Below are positions 1-11,615 of a stretch of DNA of 64,000 bases, piece after piece (positions within the stretch are counted from its first letter, which is position 1; the number at the start of each line of letters is the position of its first letter). The translations under genes were made by a program, and so were the position numbers. The DNA comes from Zygnema circumcarinatum SAG 698-1b (taxonomy: Eukaryota; Plantae; Zygnematophyceae): contig CM074805.1 in NCBI GenBank assembly GCA_037447605.1, positions 310,001 through 374,000 of the forward strand, read 5' to 3'. The notes under the pieces were generated by a model. That model saw nothing but the letters and a program-made list of their open reading frames with translations. It was not told where the DNA came from and did no database searches.

Positions 1-21
1 TACGATTAAAATCCTTTTCAG

Positions 22-195
22 ATCTGCAATGGAACACTTTCTCTGTTGTATTCTCCAACCGCTCAAATGAAACAGGCTTCACCAAGGTCGGTAACTTTGA
101 AACACGAGCAGAAGATCCTCCTGCTCTCTCCTCCACTTAGCGCTATTGACACGACAGAAGCAATACCTAAGGATTTGAAGCCACTAGGCCTGCAA
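22..195 (+). CDS. Possible internal exon of an unidentified gene running in from upstream of the window
   Basis: ccttttcag acceptor, 58 open phase-0 codons (ICNGTLSLL...KPLGLQ) and a gtaagt donor. No recognisable homology. Confidence 0.25.
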
Positions 196-942
196 GTAAG
201 TACCATTAACCTGCAAAACTAGCAATGTCAAAAATATCGACCGCATCAAAAATGCCAATCCATTTGGAAGAACAGCTTTTTCTGTCACAAAAGACATCTA
301 GAAGCAGTCTGTGGAATTTCAATTCGAGGCTGGCAGCCATTGTAGTGAAGAAGAATGAAGCACGAGGCCTCAGACATCCAAAGGGGCCATCTCCCAGGTG
401 AAGGGAGAGCGAGAGATTGCCGGCCGGCAAAGGCCTGCTTGACGGCCGGCAGGCCTGGCCGCCTGGTCGGCTACCTCGCCCTTCTTTGAACGGTTCAAGG
501 GAGCCAGCTGGCCGGCAGAAATGTGTTGACGGCCGGCAGGCGGGCCGGTAGGAGCGTGCTTCATCAGTGTTGCCACTGTCTGCGCAAGTTGCCTCGCTCG
601 CCATTAAGGGCATGGCATGGCATTATGGCATGGCCTGGAGGAAAGGATGTCGCATTGATCTCACGATGGGATGGCATTATGGCATGGCATGGCATGGCAT
701 GCAGGCATCGAGCCGCGGACATGCTATGGTTGGGCTGTAACAGCGAATCCTCTCAACTTCTACATGAACCGCCGGCCGTAGCCTTGGTCTGCACCGCCAG
801 GCAATGGCTCGCTCGTGCGAGCCGTCCCCACAACGCATGCGGCTTGCAGGGAAAAGAAACGGTGCCGCATGAGTTATGACGCGACGTGACCTCACGTCAC
901 GTGAGATGCCAATGAAGGCGAAAAGATATAAAAGGCGAAAGA

Positions 943-1524
943 GATGTGGCATCGTTCTCACGATGGCGATGCCGCCATCAAATGTACATGGATAATATCA
1001 TCAGTATGGGGAACCACGAGGAACTGGTCGCACAAAGGACCTAAGGACAAAACAAAAAATCTAGGAGCGGTATGCTATGCCTAGGCTCAACACCGCTTCA
1101 AGCCCTCCCTCGAAGGTCACCGATCGATGTGCGGCACATCACATCGCGCGGAGGGAGGGAGGGAGGGAGGGAGCGGCGGAAGGTCAGCAACAAGCTACCG
1201 CGGCTTCACGCCGAGGGAGCGTCCGGGCGAGGAGGGGGGCACCGCTGAAGGGCGACGGCAATGCGCTGTCGATAAAAAGTGGCGAGGATCGCCGAAGGAG
1301 GAGCGGAGGGCTTCCTTCCTTCCAGGGCCGTGCGCGCATCTCCAAGGAGCGATGGGCGCACGCACGTACTGGCGAAGGAAGGAAGGCATCCAAACGGATT
1401 TCTTTTGTGCTTAGGTCCTTCGCGACCAGTTCCTCGTGGTTTCCAGTTCCTCGTGGTTTCCCGTGCTGGCTTTGTCCATGTACATTCGATGGCCTCATCG
1501 CCATGGTGAGATCAATGCCACATC
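943..1524. repeat. Long imperfect inverted repeat (fold-back), arms about 943-1053 and 1402-1524
   Basis: The reverse complement of the right arm (gatgtggcattgatctcaccatggcgatg...aatgtacatgga...aaccacgaggaactggtcgcgaaggacctaagcacaaaa) aligns with the left arm (gatgtggcatcgttctcacgatggcgatg...aatgtacatgga...aaccacgaggaactggtcgcacaaaggacctaaggacaaaa). The right arm has an extra 17-bp tandem copy. Confidence 0.8.
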
Positions 1525-1792
1525 CCTTTGATCCAAACGGGCGTCGAGGCAACCTCAAACCTCAACAGCCATAGGAACAAACTCGTCAGTCGTGTCACGT
1601 CACGTCACGTCACGGCACGGCACGGCTGGCATATGGGCGCTCCTTACAAAGGAAGGGACGCACTGCGGCTAAAACGCCAAAAGTCTGGACTACCGTACAG
1701 TAGATGTGACGTGACATGACGTGACACGACATGACAATCTTGAAGGAAGGTGGGTGCTGGAGGGGGCGAGGTTGAAGGGAGGGCGAGCGGCC

Positions 1793-4122
1793 ATGGAGGA
1801 GGGGGAGGAGGAGCGGCAGGGGCTATGGCCGCGGCTGGTGCGAGCCGTCCATGGCGCCCTGGATCGCTTCAAGTGCGTCTTAGAATGCATGCCCAAATCC
1901 GAACCCAACCCAGCGCTCGCCCGATTTGCAGTGGACAGCGCCGCGGCGGTCAACGGGTGAGCGGGTGGTCATGGCTCAGGTCTAGGGTTAGGTGTTAGGG
2001 TTCCGCATAGCAGTGTTTAGTACATGTGAAAGCAGGACGGATATTAACGGAATGGAACGACATTTCCGTCTTGAACTCGCGTTTTGGAGGTTGCAGGTCA
2101 CCGAATCCGAAGCTGATTCGACAAACACCGGAGTCTGATCAAGAGGATTCAGATGTTAAACCGGAGTCTCCCGAAGGGCTTTCTACGCCGAAATCTCGAA
2201 AAAGTCCTTTTTTAAAGGTGTGAGAAACGCTGCTCTCTCTCACTCTCTCGCTCTACTTCTCGCTGTCCCTCTGCCCCTTTTTCCCACCTTTTTTCCTTTC
2301 CCCTTCTCGCCCTTCTCCGTATACCTTCTATCCCTTTCCTAACTCTCTCCCTCTCTCTACCTCTCCCTCCCTCCGTTTCTCTTTTCTCTCTCTTCCTCTC
2401 CTCGGTCTCCGTTACATAATCGATCCCTCTCCTCCATCCTCTCCCTCTATGGGGCGCTTCTTCTCCCTCTCTTCCCACTGCCACCTCTCTTCCCCTCTCC
2501 ATGCCTCTCTTCCTTCCTTTCACCTTGTTCTCCCTTCCTTTGCTCACTCTCCCTCCCTCTCTCGGTCTCTCCCTCGCTTCCTCTTTTCCTCTCCCTTGCT
2601 CCTTTCTCTACCTCGCTCACCCTCACCCACTTCTTCCCATTTTCTAAGAATTTTCCCTCTCTTCCATTAGTTTCCTTCTGACCTTCGGTTAGCACTGTTG
2701 AAACCAATTTTGAAGGAGTTTGAAAACTAACAGAAACTATAAAAACTCTGCAGGTGAGGGCACTTCTGGGTATGTGGAAAAACAGTGCTGTGGGACCTGC
2801 CCCAATGAGCGATGACGAGGAAGAGAATGGTGAGCCTGAAGGAAGAATGAATATTTCACTGCCGTCAATTAGCCGAAACCCGAACAAGTTGAACCTCGAT
2901 AGGGTTAAGAATCTTTGGGACCCTAGCTGGGAGGATTTGCGGTTAGTCCATGCCTGTGCTGTTCATAAGTGCCTTCAATGATCCTCGAGTTTGATTACCT
3001 TCAAGTGATTTTGGTGTCGTTCTCTGTGGGGGTCTCCAGGTGATGTTAAGAAGCATCAAAATCGTGAGAAGGAGAAAACCAAGGGTGGTCATGAAAAAGA
3101 GGAGAAACACAATCAGAGTCAAGAAGTGGAGGGGGAGACGAGGAAAATGGGGAAGGCATCATCATCCGGCGGAACTTCACACCTATGGCAGAGAAAATTT
3201 TCAGGATTGTTAAATTCCCAGTCTTTGGTAAATTTCCCTATGGTCTTCATGCGCTCTGGTGTGCTTTCGACAGATTTGATGGAATTTTGGGCACTTTTGG
3301 GGTTACGCACATTGTAGGGATTCCAGGGTTCTGGATGGTCCTTGCTTTAAAGGGTGTGCCTCTTCACTCATGACGGGGCACACCTACTCATGTTTTATGC
3401 TCCCTCCTCTCCCTCTCCCTCTCCCTCTCCCTCTCCCTCTCCCTCTCCCTCTCCCTCTCCCTCTCCCTCTCCCTCTCCCTCTCCCTCTCTCTCCCTCTCC
3501 CTCCCTCTCCCTCTCTCTCTCCCTCTCCCTCTCCCTCTCCCCACCTCACCCTCTCCCTCTCCACTACCTTTGCCTCTCCCCCTCTCCCTCTCCCTCTCTC
3601 TCCCACTCTCTCTCTCCCTCTCCCTCTCCCCCCCTTCCCCCTCTCCCTCGCCCCCCCTCCTTTCCCCTCGCCCTCCCCCTCCCCCTCCTCCTCCCTCCCT
3701 CGTGCTAAGTTGCTCCGTGGGAAGTGCAGGATGCTAGGGACGCTGCCGGAAAAGCACACGCCCAACTGGTGGAGCGTGGTGATAAGCTAGAGGTAGGCGG
3801 ATTCTCCAGAAATCTTCTCCTCAGGATCCCTGAAGCCTTAGTATTTTTTTCCGTTTCTTGTAAAGGACGCCATTTGGCAGTTTACAAGGAAACTACTTTC
3901 TGTCCAGGCGGTTTCACTTGTGCTTTGTGCTTTCTACCTGAAACCCTAATCCTCAACTGCTGAGAACTCTACAAACGTTTGAACCCATATATTGTCTCTT
4001 GCGCCTCGCAGAGGCTCTCTAATGCAACTGAAGACCTTTCAGCAAATGCGGTGGATTTCGCGAGCTTGGCGGAGCAGCTCTACCAGAAGGAGAAGAACCG
4101 GAAGTGGTGGCACTTGTCGTAG
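1793..4122 (+). CDS. Tomosyn-like protein with a C-terminal synaptobrevin-type (R-SNARE) coiled coil and no transmembrane anchor; 5' exons uncertain
   Basis: Exons 3730-3792 and 4012-4122 splice GT-AG in phase 0 to DARDAAGKAHAQLVERGDKLERLSNATEDLSANAVDFASLAEQLYQKEKNRKWWHLS*. This resembles plant tomosyn C-termini (ERGEKLERIS...FASMA..L...KRKWW). Candidate upstream exons: 1793-1956, about 2036-2096, 2754-2829 and 3040-about 3228. Confidence 0.7.
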
Positions 4123-5505
4123 CGGAGAGGGCCCGGATTTATGTCTTGACCTTGTGCAATGTATAGAGACTGTGCATATTGTGTTCGTGGGTCCGTAAAG
4201 TTGATCAATTGGTTTGGACCTTTTTTCTTCGGTAGTGAACATAAGGGTGTAAGATAGCCAGGTAGCTTCCTCTCTCTCCCTCTCCCTCTCTCCCCCACCC
4301 CCCCCTCGCTCTGTCTGTCTTTCTTGTAGAGTTCATGCATTGATGTTTGCGCAATATGCCATAGAATTTCTGATATTAATAATAGTGTAACGTGCAAATG
4401 CACGAACTGCGGTATTCGTAATTTATGTATTGGGTCAGTAAACCCGAGGTGTTCGCATAGCTCAAGTTCCGCCTTTCTCCGTGTTCCATCCATCCATCGT
4501 GGCATGATGCATGGTCGGGGGGGGTTGCATGCATGCATGCATGGGCAGCGGCATGCGGGGGCGACGCGAGGCAGCGCAGTCATTGAAATCCACGACTCAT
4601 GTTTGTTCAGAAACCAAAAAATTTACTTCTGCTATCGTGGAGAAACCCAAAACTTCTCATGACCTCTTTTTTCTTTTATTTAAATTTTGCATTATACTAT
4701 ATGTCTGTGTGCAAATCTTGACTAAATTTAAGCTCTATGACTAACATCCGTTTTAAGTCTAGTCAAATGATTAGTCGACTGAGTTTTTAGCCAAAAGCAG
4801 TGACTAAGCGGCCAAGTTACGAATTTCTGCCGACGTGACGATCTAGCGGCGTGAAAATCTCCTCGAGCCTGTCGATCTGCCAGGGGACACTTTACAGAAA
4901 ATCAGCGCGAGCAAATGGGAAGGTCGCGTGTGATTCGAATTTAGGGGACCGGCGTTCCGTAGGCCGGAAACCGACCTGATCGGCCAACCAATGACAGACA
5001 CGTGGTGATAAACCAATGATATTTGGACACGTTTACAACACGATTTGTCGTTTGTGGACGTCTCGAGGCTGGCTCGTTCCGACGTTCGCCCAACAGTTGG
5101 CAATAATAAGACTCGCGAATCAAGCGCTCCTTGAACAGCCAATCAGGGCGAAGGGTCCCTGTGAGCACCCCATGCACTAGCTGACACGTGTACAGATGGA
5201 CCTTTTTACCGTAACGCGGTCACTTTTTGCGCGCACGCGCGCGAACGGAAAGTTTTAGATATTCAAATGGGGCTGCCAGATTTTGCACTTTGGTACCGTA
5301 CGGCTGATCGTGAACCGAGGGAAAGATCTGCCAATGAACCAATAGGATTGCGCCATGTATGCGTACATGTCCAAGTGACGAATTCCCATTACTGTAGATT
5401 GACACCCCCTGACGCTAGAAGATATTTTTACCCGATACCACAGACGGTATATCGCGATAGCATGGTTTTTCGGAGTTCCGGTGTCCCGCGCGGGAGTGTC
5501 AAAAG

Positions 5506-5844
5506 TAGGGTTGGGGGCACGGTCCCCCTCCGACCCGTGCCCAGGGGCACGTGCCCCCCCCCCCTTGGGGGGGGGGCACGTATCCCCACGTATCCCCACG
5601 TATCCCCCGTACGGACAAAGGTACACATGTACGGGAAAATATGAAAAGTACGGACAGTACTCAACACAACAATCGTCACCGGCCCGGGCCTGGTCGTACG
5701 AGGTAAGCGTCACGTGACAGGGGGCACGGGGGGGCACGAAATATATGGGGAAAATTTTTGGAGGCGTGCCCCGGGCACGGACGGTCAAAAATGGGGGGCA
5801 TGCCCCCCCCCCGGGCATGCCCGTGCCCCGTGCCCCCAACCCTA
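5506..5844. mobile_element. Non-autonomous hAT-superfamily element (MITE), 339 bp
   Basis: Perfect 17-bp TIRs TAGGGTTGGGGGCACGG / CCGTGCCCCCAACCCTA, perfect 8-bp TSD GTCAAAAG (5498-5505 and 5845-5852), subterminal GGGGCACG repeats and CACGTATCCC x3. Confidence 0.92.
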
Positions 5845-6492
5845 GTCAAAAGACGCCGACGAAGGTGTTGATCTGGAGACCAAACCTTTGATCCGCAGTG
5901 CTGGACTGGCAATCCGGTAGGATCCACTTCAATCTGCAGGACAATCCTGCTGAAGTGGATCCTGACCGGCGCCATTGGTTGGTCCTTCGAAGCCTTGGAT
6001 GCGGAAAGGTTGGTCTCTCTCCTCCCCTGCAGCCTCCTCCTCTGGTCTTTGCAGCATATATGTATTTGGAATTGCAATGTCTCAGAGAATGCATCCAGCT
6101 GCAAGGGGATGTAACTGCTGAAAATGCTGCCCTGGAGCATTCCTGCGCGGTCTCATTTCGTCCGAGATTCGTGCTCAGTTCGTTATTTCCCGCCGTCTGC
6201 TGTCGCTGCTGCTGCAAAGTATAACTGTGTCAAAGTTGGCTTGTTTGGTGCAGGCTTGCAAGAAACTAGGATCTCATTCAATTTGAGTCATAAACTTTCG
6301 TCTAAGGGTGCTTATTTGAAACTGCAGATTGTAGGAAGGGTGCAAGAGGGAGAGAGGGGTAGTAACGGTTGTCTTGGAACCAATCTTGACACGTTTTTTT
6401 CCGAGAAAGGGCGGACTGGTGTCAGGTTAGGAAGTAGCGATCTTAAAAAGGGGAGAAGGAGTAGGTTTTGCGCGTCCCAGTGCAGCAGCAGA

Positions 6493-9063
6493 ATGGAACT
6501 GGTAATTGCAGGAATGAACTTTACGTGCATGGCGGATTCGGTGACCAAGTTCGAGCTTCCTGATAGGGATTGCTTTTTAAATCTTTTTGCCAAGGCGCTT
6601 GGATACGCCATCATAACCGCTTCCACAATTGTGAAGCTCCCACAAGTAGGACTTCTACTCAGTATCTGTCTGTGCTGATCTCAAGTATTGTAATGGCTTG
6701 AATATTTGATCGGATTTCAAAACCCACTTTATTGTTTAGGACTTGCTCGACACTGATTGGTTCTCCAAGCAAATGAATCTGCTCGCATGTATAGTGAATG
6801 GAAGGTTCCATTGCAGTCTTGGTTAAAGAAGTTTAATAAGTTGCCTTGTCTCTGCCAGATTATTGTTATTTTGAAGAAAAATAGCATTCGAGGCTTAAGC
6901 GTTCCTTCCTTTGAGATGGAACTTGTTGGCTACACTATCGCTTTGTCTTACTGCTTCTTCAAACAGCTTCCGTTCAGCGCATATGGAGAGCTTTTATTCT
7001 TACTGCTCCAAGGTATCCTCATGCACGCAATGTAGCGTATGTTAGGATAAGCTCACGTTCCTAGATCTCACTTCTCTGAAAGGACGAGCAGTTGTCTTTG
7101 ACATGATGCAAACTCTTGGCAATCTTGCTCTAATTAATGGTTCTGAACTGCCTGGAATGCGCAGCAATCATTCTGATGTGTCTCCTCTATTATTATTCAC
7201 CGCGCCTTGGGCCAATGGTGTGGCTGAAAGCGGGAGTGTATCCATTCTCACAACAAGCACAGGATGCAAATCCAACGTGCTGCAGTTTTTTTGTCGTGCA
7301 TGTCGTGCATTTCTTAATTGTGTCGTATAAGAAGCTGCAATAGAGAGTGAGGGGGAGTAGGGGCATTTGTGAAAAACTTGGAGGAGCGTTGTTAGTGCTT
7401 CGACTGTTGGTTCCTTAATCTTTCTTTTCACTACAGATATACCGCCATGGCTCCAGTTCTGCTCGGGGGTCGCTTGGATGGCAGGGTGTACGAGACGCTT
7501 TATGTGAGTTGCCTTTTCGAAAGAACTTCTTTTGAGACTAGCATTCATCACCAGAGTCTGACCGGCAGATAGCCAGCAAGTAGCTCTCCCTCTTTCATCT
7601 CCCATTTCTTGTTCCCATTCGGATGTTTTAGTCATTTTTGGATTCTGCAGAAACGTGGTAATTTAGAATGTTACTGATATGAATTTTGTGCTTTATTTGT
7701 TTATCTGAATTTGTTTGTATTCTTTCTAAGCGCAGGCTGGCCAAACAGCTCTCTTCACACTTTCAAGGATCCCACAAATTTGGTCAAACTATGCTGTACG
7801 TTACTTGCCGACATTTAGACTCCATTTCCTTGAAGCGTCTCTCTTGACGAGATATTCTGTGCTTAAAAATTATGAAAGAAGAATGCACTACTCGCGCGTC
7901 CAGTCCCTTGACTTTTCTTTGTGTTCCGTGTAAACTGGTTGTCCGGTTGTGACATGTAGGCCGTATTATGTCAGTTGTCGCTATGAAACTTGCTTCATGA
8001 ACTCGATTTTAAATTTGTCTGTTGCAAATTTTTAAAACTTTGACATGTTTCGAGTTACTGTGGCAGTCAAAAAACACAGGACAACTTAGCTTCGCTACAT
8101 CCTTTATGAACTTTGCGGGTTGTATTGGTAAGTTGGGGGTTTCCAGTTTTAAGCAGCTATTGGATTTCCTGATAATGAAAATGATTCTTGTTAATGGTCT
8201 CTATGGGTTCAGTAGAATTAAATTATTTGGGAATTGTCTGGATTCTGTCTTGTTAGGCCATGGCTATGGATAGGCCAGCAGGGTTGGGTAGTGGCTTCAG
8301 AAGCAAGCAGAAAAGTAGTGGGGGAGGGGGAAGGGGGGGGTTGGGAGAGACAGACCCTTATGAATCTCCTGCCAGAGCATTTTCGAATATGTTCAGAGTT
8401 TCACAAAGTGTTGCTTCAAGTTCAGACAGGATTCTATAAAGAAATTCAAAGTAAGGCGTGTGTGTAATTCTGCAGTTGTCCTCACTATGCTTGCATTTTG
8501 GTTCTGTTTTTCCTTCATGCAGCGCGTCTCTTCACATCAATTCAAGAGAAGGCTCCTGGGAGCAGTATCCTTGTTCCATACTTTGAAGGAGTCACTTAGA
8601 ATTCAGAAAGTTTTGTAAAAGGGTCTGAGAATTTGAGAATACCTGACTAAAGCAGGTATGACCTTGAACACTGAATATCTAGTGCAGGCGTGAAGCGATA
8701 GCTAAACGCTTGACCTATTGAAGCGGACAGCTAACAGTTCAACTACCTAACATGTGCACCTGCTCCCTTTAAACTAGATTTTCTTGTATCCGTTCTAGGT
8801 ATGTAGGTTCTTCACTCCCAGCTCGTCTAAATTACTTGCCATCTGACCTAACGTCTCAATTTTTTATTTTTTTTTGCATGAAATCATTGAAATGGGCCCA
8901 TCATGCGGCTGCTCCTCTCCCTTGCTGGCTCGCCTTGACTGTGAATTAATCAGTGGTGATTGGCAGCATTTTGGGGATGATCTGCCATGGAACCATTGTG
9001 AGCCAAATACTTCTGTACAGCGTGAAGTCCGCACCCAAGAAGGAGGAGAAGAAAACGAAGTGA
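6493..9063 (+). CDS. MPDU1: Mannose-P-dolichol utilization defect 1 homolog (PQ-loop protein), 8 exons, 239 aa
   Basis: Exons 6493-6645, 6859-7012, 7165-7237, 7437-7503, 7736-7795, 8067-8127, 8523-8564 and 8954-9063 join into an intact 720-nt CDS. It has two PQ loops (TIVKLPQI; SRIPQIWSNY..KNTGQLS) and LFTSIQEKAP. Confidence 0.93.
7013..7164 (+). other. Possible U12-type intron 2 of MPDU1
   Basis: Donor GTATCCTCA, weak branch candidate TTCTGAAC about 16 nt from the AG, no pyrimidine tract, phase 1. Confidence 0.5.
7238..7436 (+). other. Probable U12-type intron 3 of MPDU1
   Basis: Donor GTATCCATT, branch site TTCCTTAAT about 18 nt from the AG, phase 2. Confidence 0.7.
8565..8953 (+). other. 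U12-type (minor spliceosome) GT-AG intron 7 of MPDU1
   Basis: Donor GTATCCTTG, branch site CCTTGAC close to the AG, no polypyrimidine tract, phase 1. Confidence 0.85.
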
Positions 9064-10389
9064 GAGAGTCCCCATCGTGATTACGGTACGTGGAGCAGCC
9101 ATTTTGAAAAGATGAACCTTTTACTGGATTGGGAGTGAGAGAGGAGGGGGAGAAGAGGCAGAGGGCAGGGAGAGAGGAGGGAGAGGATGAAGAAGAAGGG
9201 GAGGGAGGAAAACGGATGGCACGGCAGCCGTAGAAAGAGAGGAGAGGTCGAGTGGTCGTGAAGGATGTTTTCGGAATTTGTCTCTCCCTTTCCCTGCTCA
9301 CGTTAGTCACTTCGTCTCGTTTTCCTCTTTGGTTAGTTTTTTGAGGGCGAGAAGACAACAAAAGAGAGAGTGGGAGTGCTCCAAAGAGAGAGGGACAGAG
9401 AGCGGAAGGGGCGAGAGGGGGAGGTAGAACGAGAGGTAGAGCGAGAGAGAGAGAGAGAGAGGAAGATGGGGAGGAAGCTCATTTCTCACAAGTCTAGGCT
9501 TTCATTCCCAATGTTCATGTGTGCAGATCTCCTTCGCATACTCCCATGAAGATGGTCTGCTTCTGAACATATTAGAGGGGTCCCATTCGGCATTTCTTTC
9601 TAAATTGGAAGAGTCGAGGAGTAAGGCCTCTGACCCTGGCCCAGAGGCTGGCCCCTTTTTCTAACGACTACAATTTTATTGACCTCGTAGAAAATATTCA
9701 GAAGCAGACGAAAGCAGGCATCCTTCGCCAATGCGGCATATATTCTTTTTGGCCCCACCCTGTTCTTTTTTTGTGCTGCCTGCGTGGATTTTCACTAATT
9801 AGAAGAAAAAAAAATGTCTGAACGTAGACACACTTGTATTGTTGTAAGGAGCTTCCATGCAAGCGCCTCCACAACCTCTAAATCCCTTGAACCCTACAAA
9901 ATTCTGAAACCCTTCAAATCCCAAGTCGTACTTGTTATTACTTTCCATATGTGATTTTTAACCCTTAGCTTTTGCGTTACTTATTTGAAATCAAACCTGC
10001 AGAAAATATGTCTCTGGTCTTCAAAATGAAAAAAAAGTTCACTTTTGAGAGTTACTTATTTCCTCGGAAGTGCAACTGCCGTTTTTTCTTTATCCACATA
10101 TATTATTTGGAGATGCAAAATCGTACAAGAATGCTCTGCCCTCCCCTGCCCTGCCTCCCGAGGCCTGCCCATTAAGAAATCATATCAAAACTGAGACTGA
10201 TAAAAAATCTTAACCCTAAAACACACTCATCTGCTAACATGATACATGCGCAAAGCGCCCTTAAAAAATGAAACTAAACGCCTAGCAGCTCCTCAAACCC
10301 TCAGACCACACTCAGCTATTGGTGGGTTGCACGGGGTCGAGACACCAGCGGCTGCTCGCCTCTCCCCCTCCTGCCGCCGGAGAGGGCAC

Positions 10390-11561
10390 CTAAGCCCCCC
10401 TTGGAGGCTCCGTGCTCTGCTGCCGCTGCCTGCGAACCCTTGAAACCCAGTTTGAAATTCTTCCCAGGATCGCCATGTTGCTCCAAATTGACCTAATTTT
10501 CACAAGGGTGTCCCGGGTGCTCCGCGCCGCCACTGCCACCGCCGGCCGGACCGCCGCTCCCACCGGCACGGCTGCTCGCTCCTGCAGGAGAGCTGTGGCC
10601 GACCGCCTCCCCTCCGTTTTAACGTTGAGGATTTTAGGATTGCAGGGGTTCCACATTTCGAGGTTTAGGGTGCATGGTTGTAGGGCTTCAGGAGTTTCAC
10701 AACTCAGGGTTCAGAGAAAAGGCTTTCATGTCTTCATCTCTTAGGATCAAAGAGAAAGTGTCCATCCATAAAACTGCAAAAAAATGCATATCGTGGCTTT
10801 TCAACATACAGCAATCGCATGCATTTCTGCATCAATTCCGAAATTCGAAGCCCTAATCCTTCAACCCAGAATGCAGAAATCGGTCTGTATGTATACCCAG
10901 AGTCTGAACAGATGCCATTGTGCCGACTCTGCGGAGCCCGTTCTCCGCTGCCTGCACTGCCCGCGCTGAACTTCTCACACCCTCCGATATCTCCTGACTA
11001 CATGCACACGCAGGGTTCAGAACCTCAGGCAAGCCAATCAAGGTTCAGTGCCTTAGGCGAGGGTTTCAAATACTCGGGTTTTAGAATTTACATGCTAGAG
11101 TTTTAGGGTATACACATAAGGGTTTCCGGGTTTTTGCGAGCACCTGAGGTCACTGAGCTCCATAGTGAGGTCGCTGATCTCCATTCCCGACAGCCGCACG
11201 GCCGCCATGGTGCTCGGCAGCTCTTCTCTCGCAGCCTCGGCCAACTTCTCCACAGCCTCCGCTGCTCTCTTTACTGCCTGGAAAACCGCCAGACCTTCTG
11301 AATGGATTAGAGTTGATTATATGAGGAGAGGGGAGCGGAGGAGGAGAGAGAGAAAGCGGGAAGGTGGGAGCTAGTGAGAGAGAGGCAGAGGCGGGAAGGG
11401 AGAGTGAGAGAGAGAGGTGGGGACGAGAGAGAAGAAGGGGAGGGAGAGAGAGTGAGGGACAGAAGGATCGGGGGGAGAGGGAAAGAAAAAGGGAAAATGG
11501 GGGGAAGAAAGGGAGAGGGGAGAATGTGGAGAGGGAGACGGGGGAGAGAAAGGGGGAGCGA

Positions 11562-11615
<54 letters not shown>

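Noticed and set aside
5676-6224. Overlapping ORFs next to the hAT MITE
   Set aside because: No recognisable domain or consistent splice model; probably promoter or 5' region of MPDU1.
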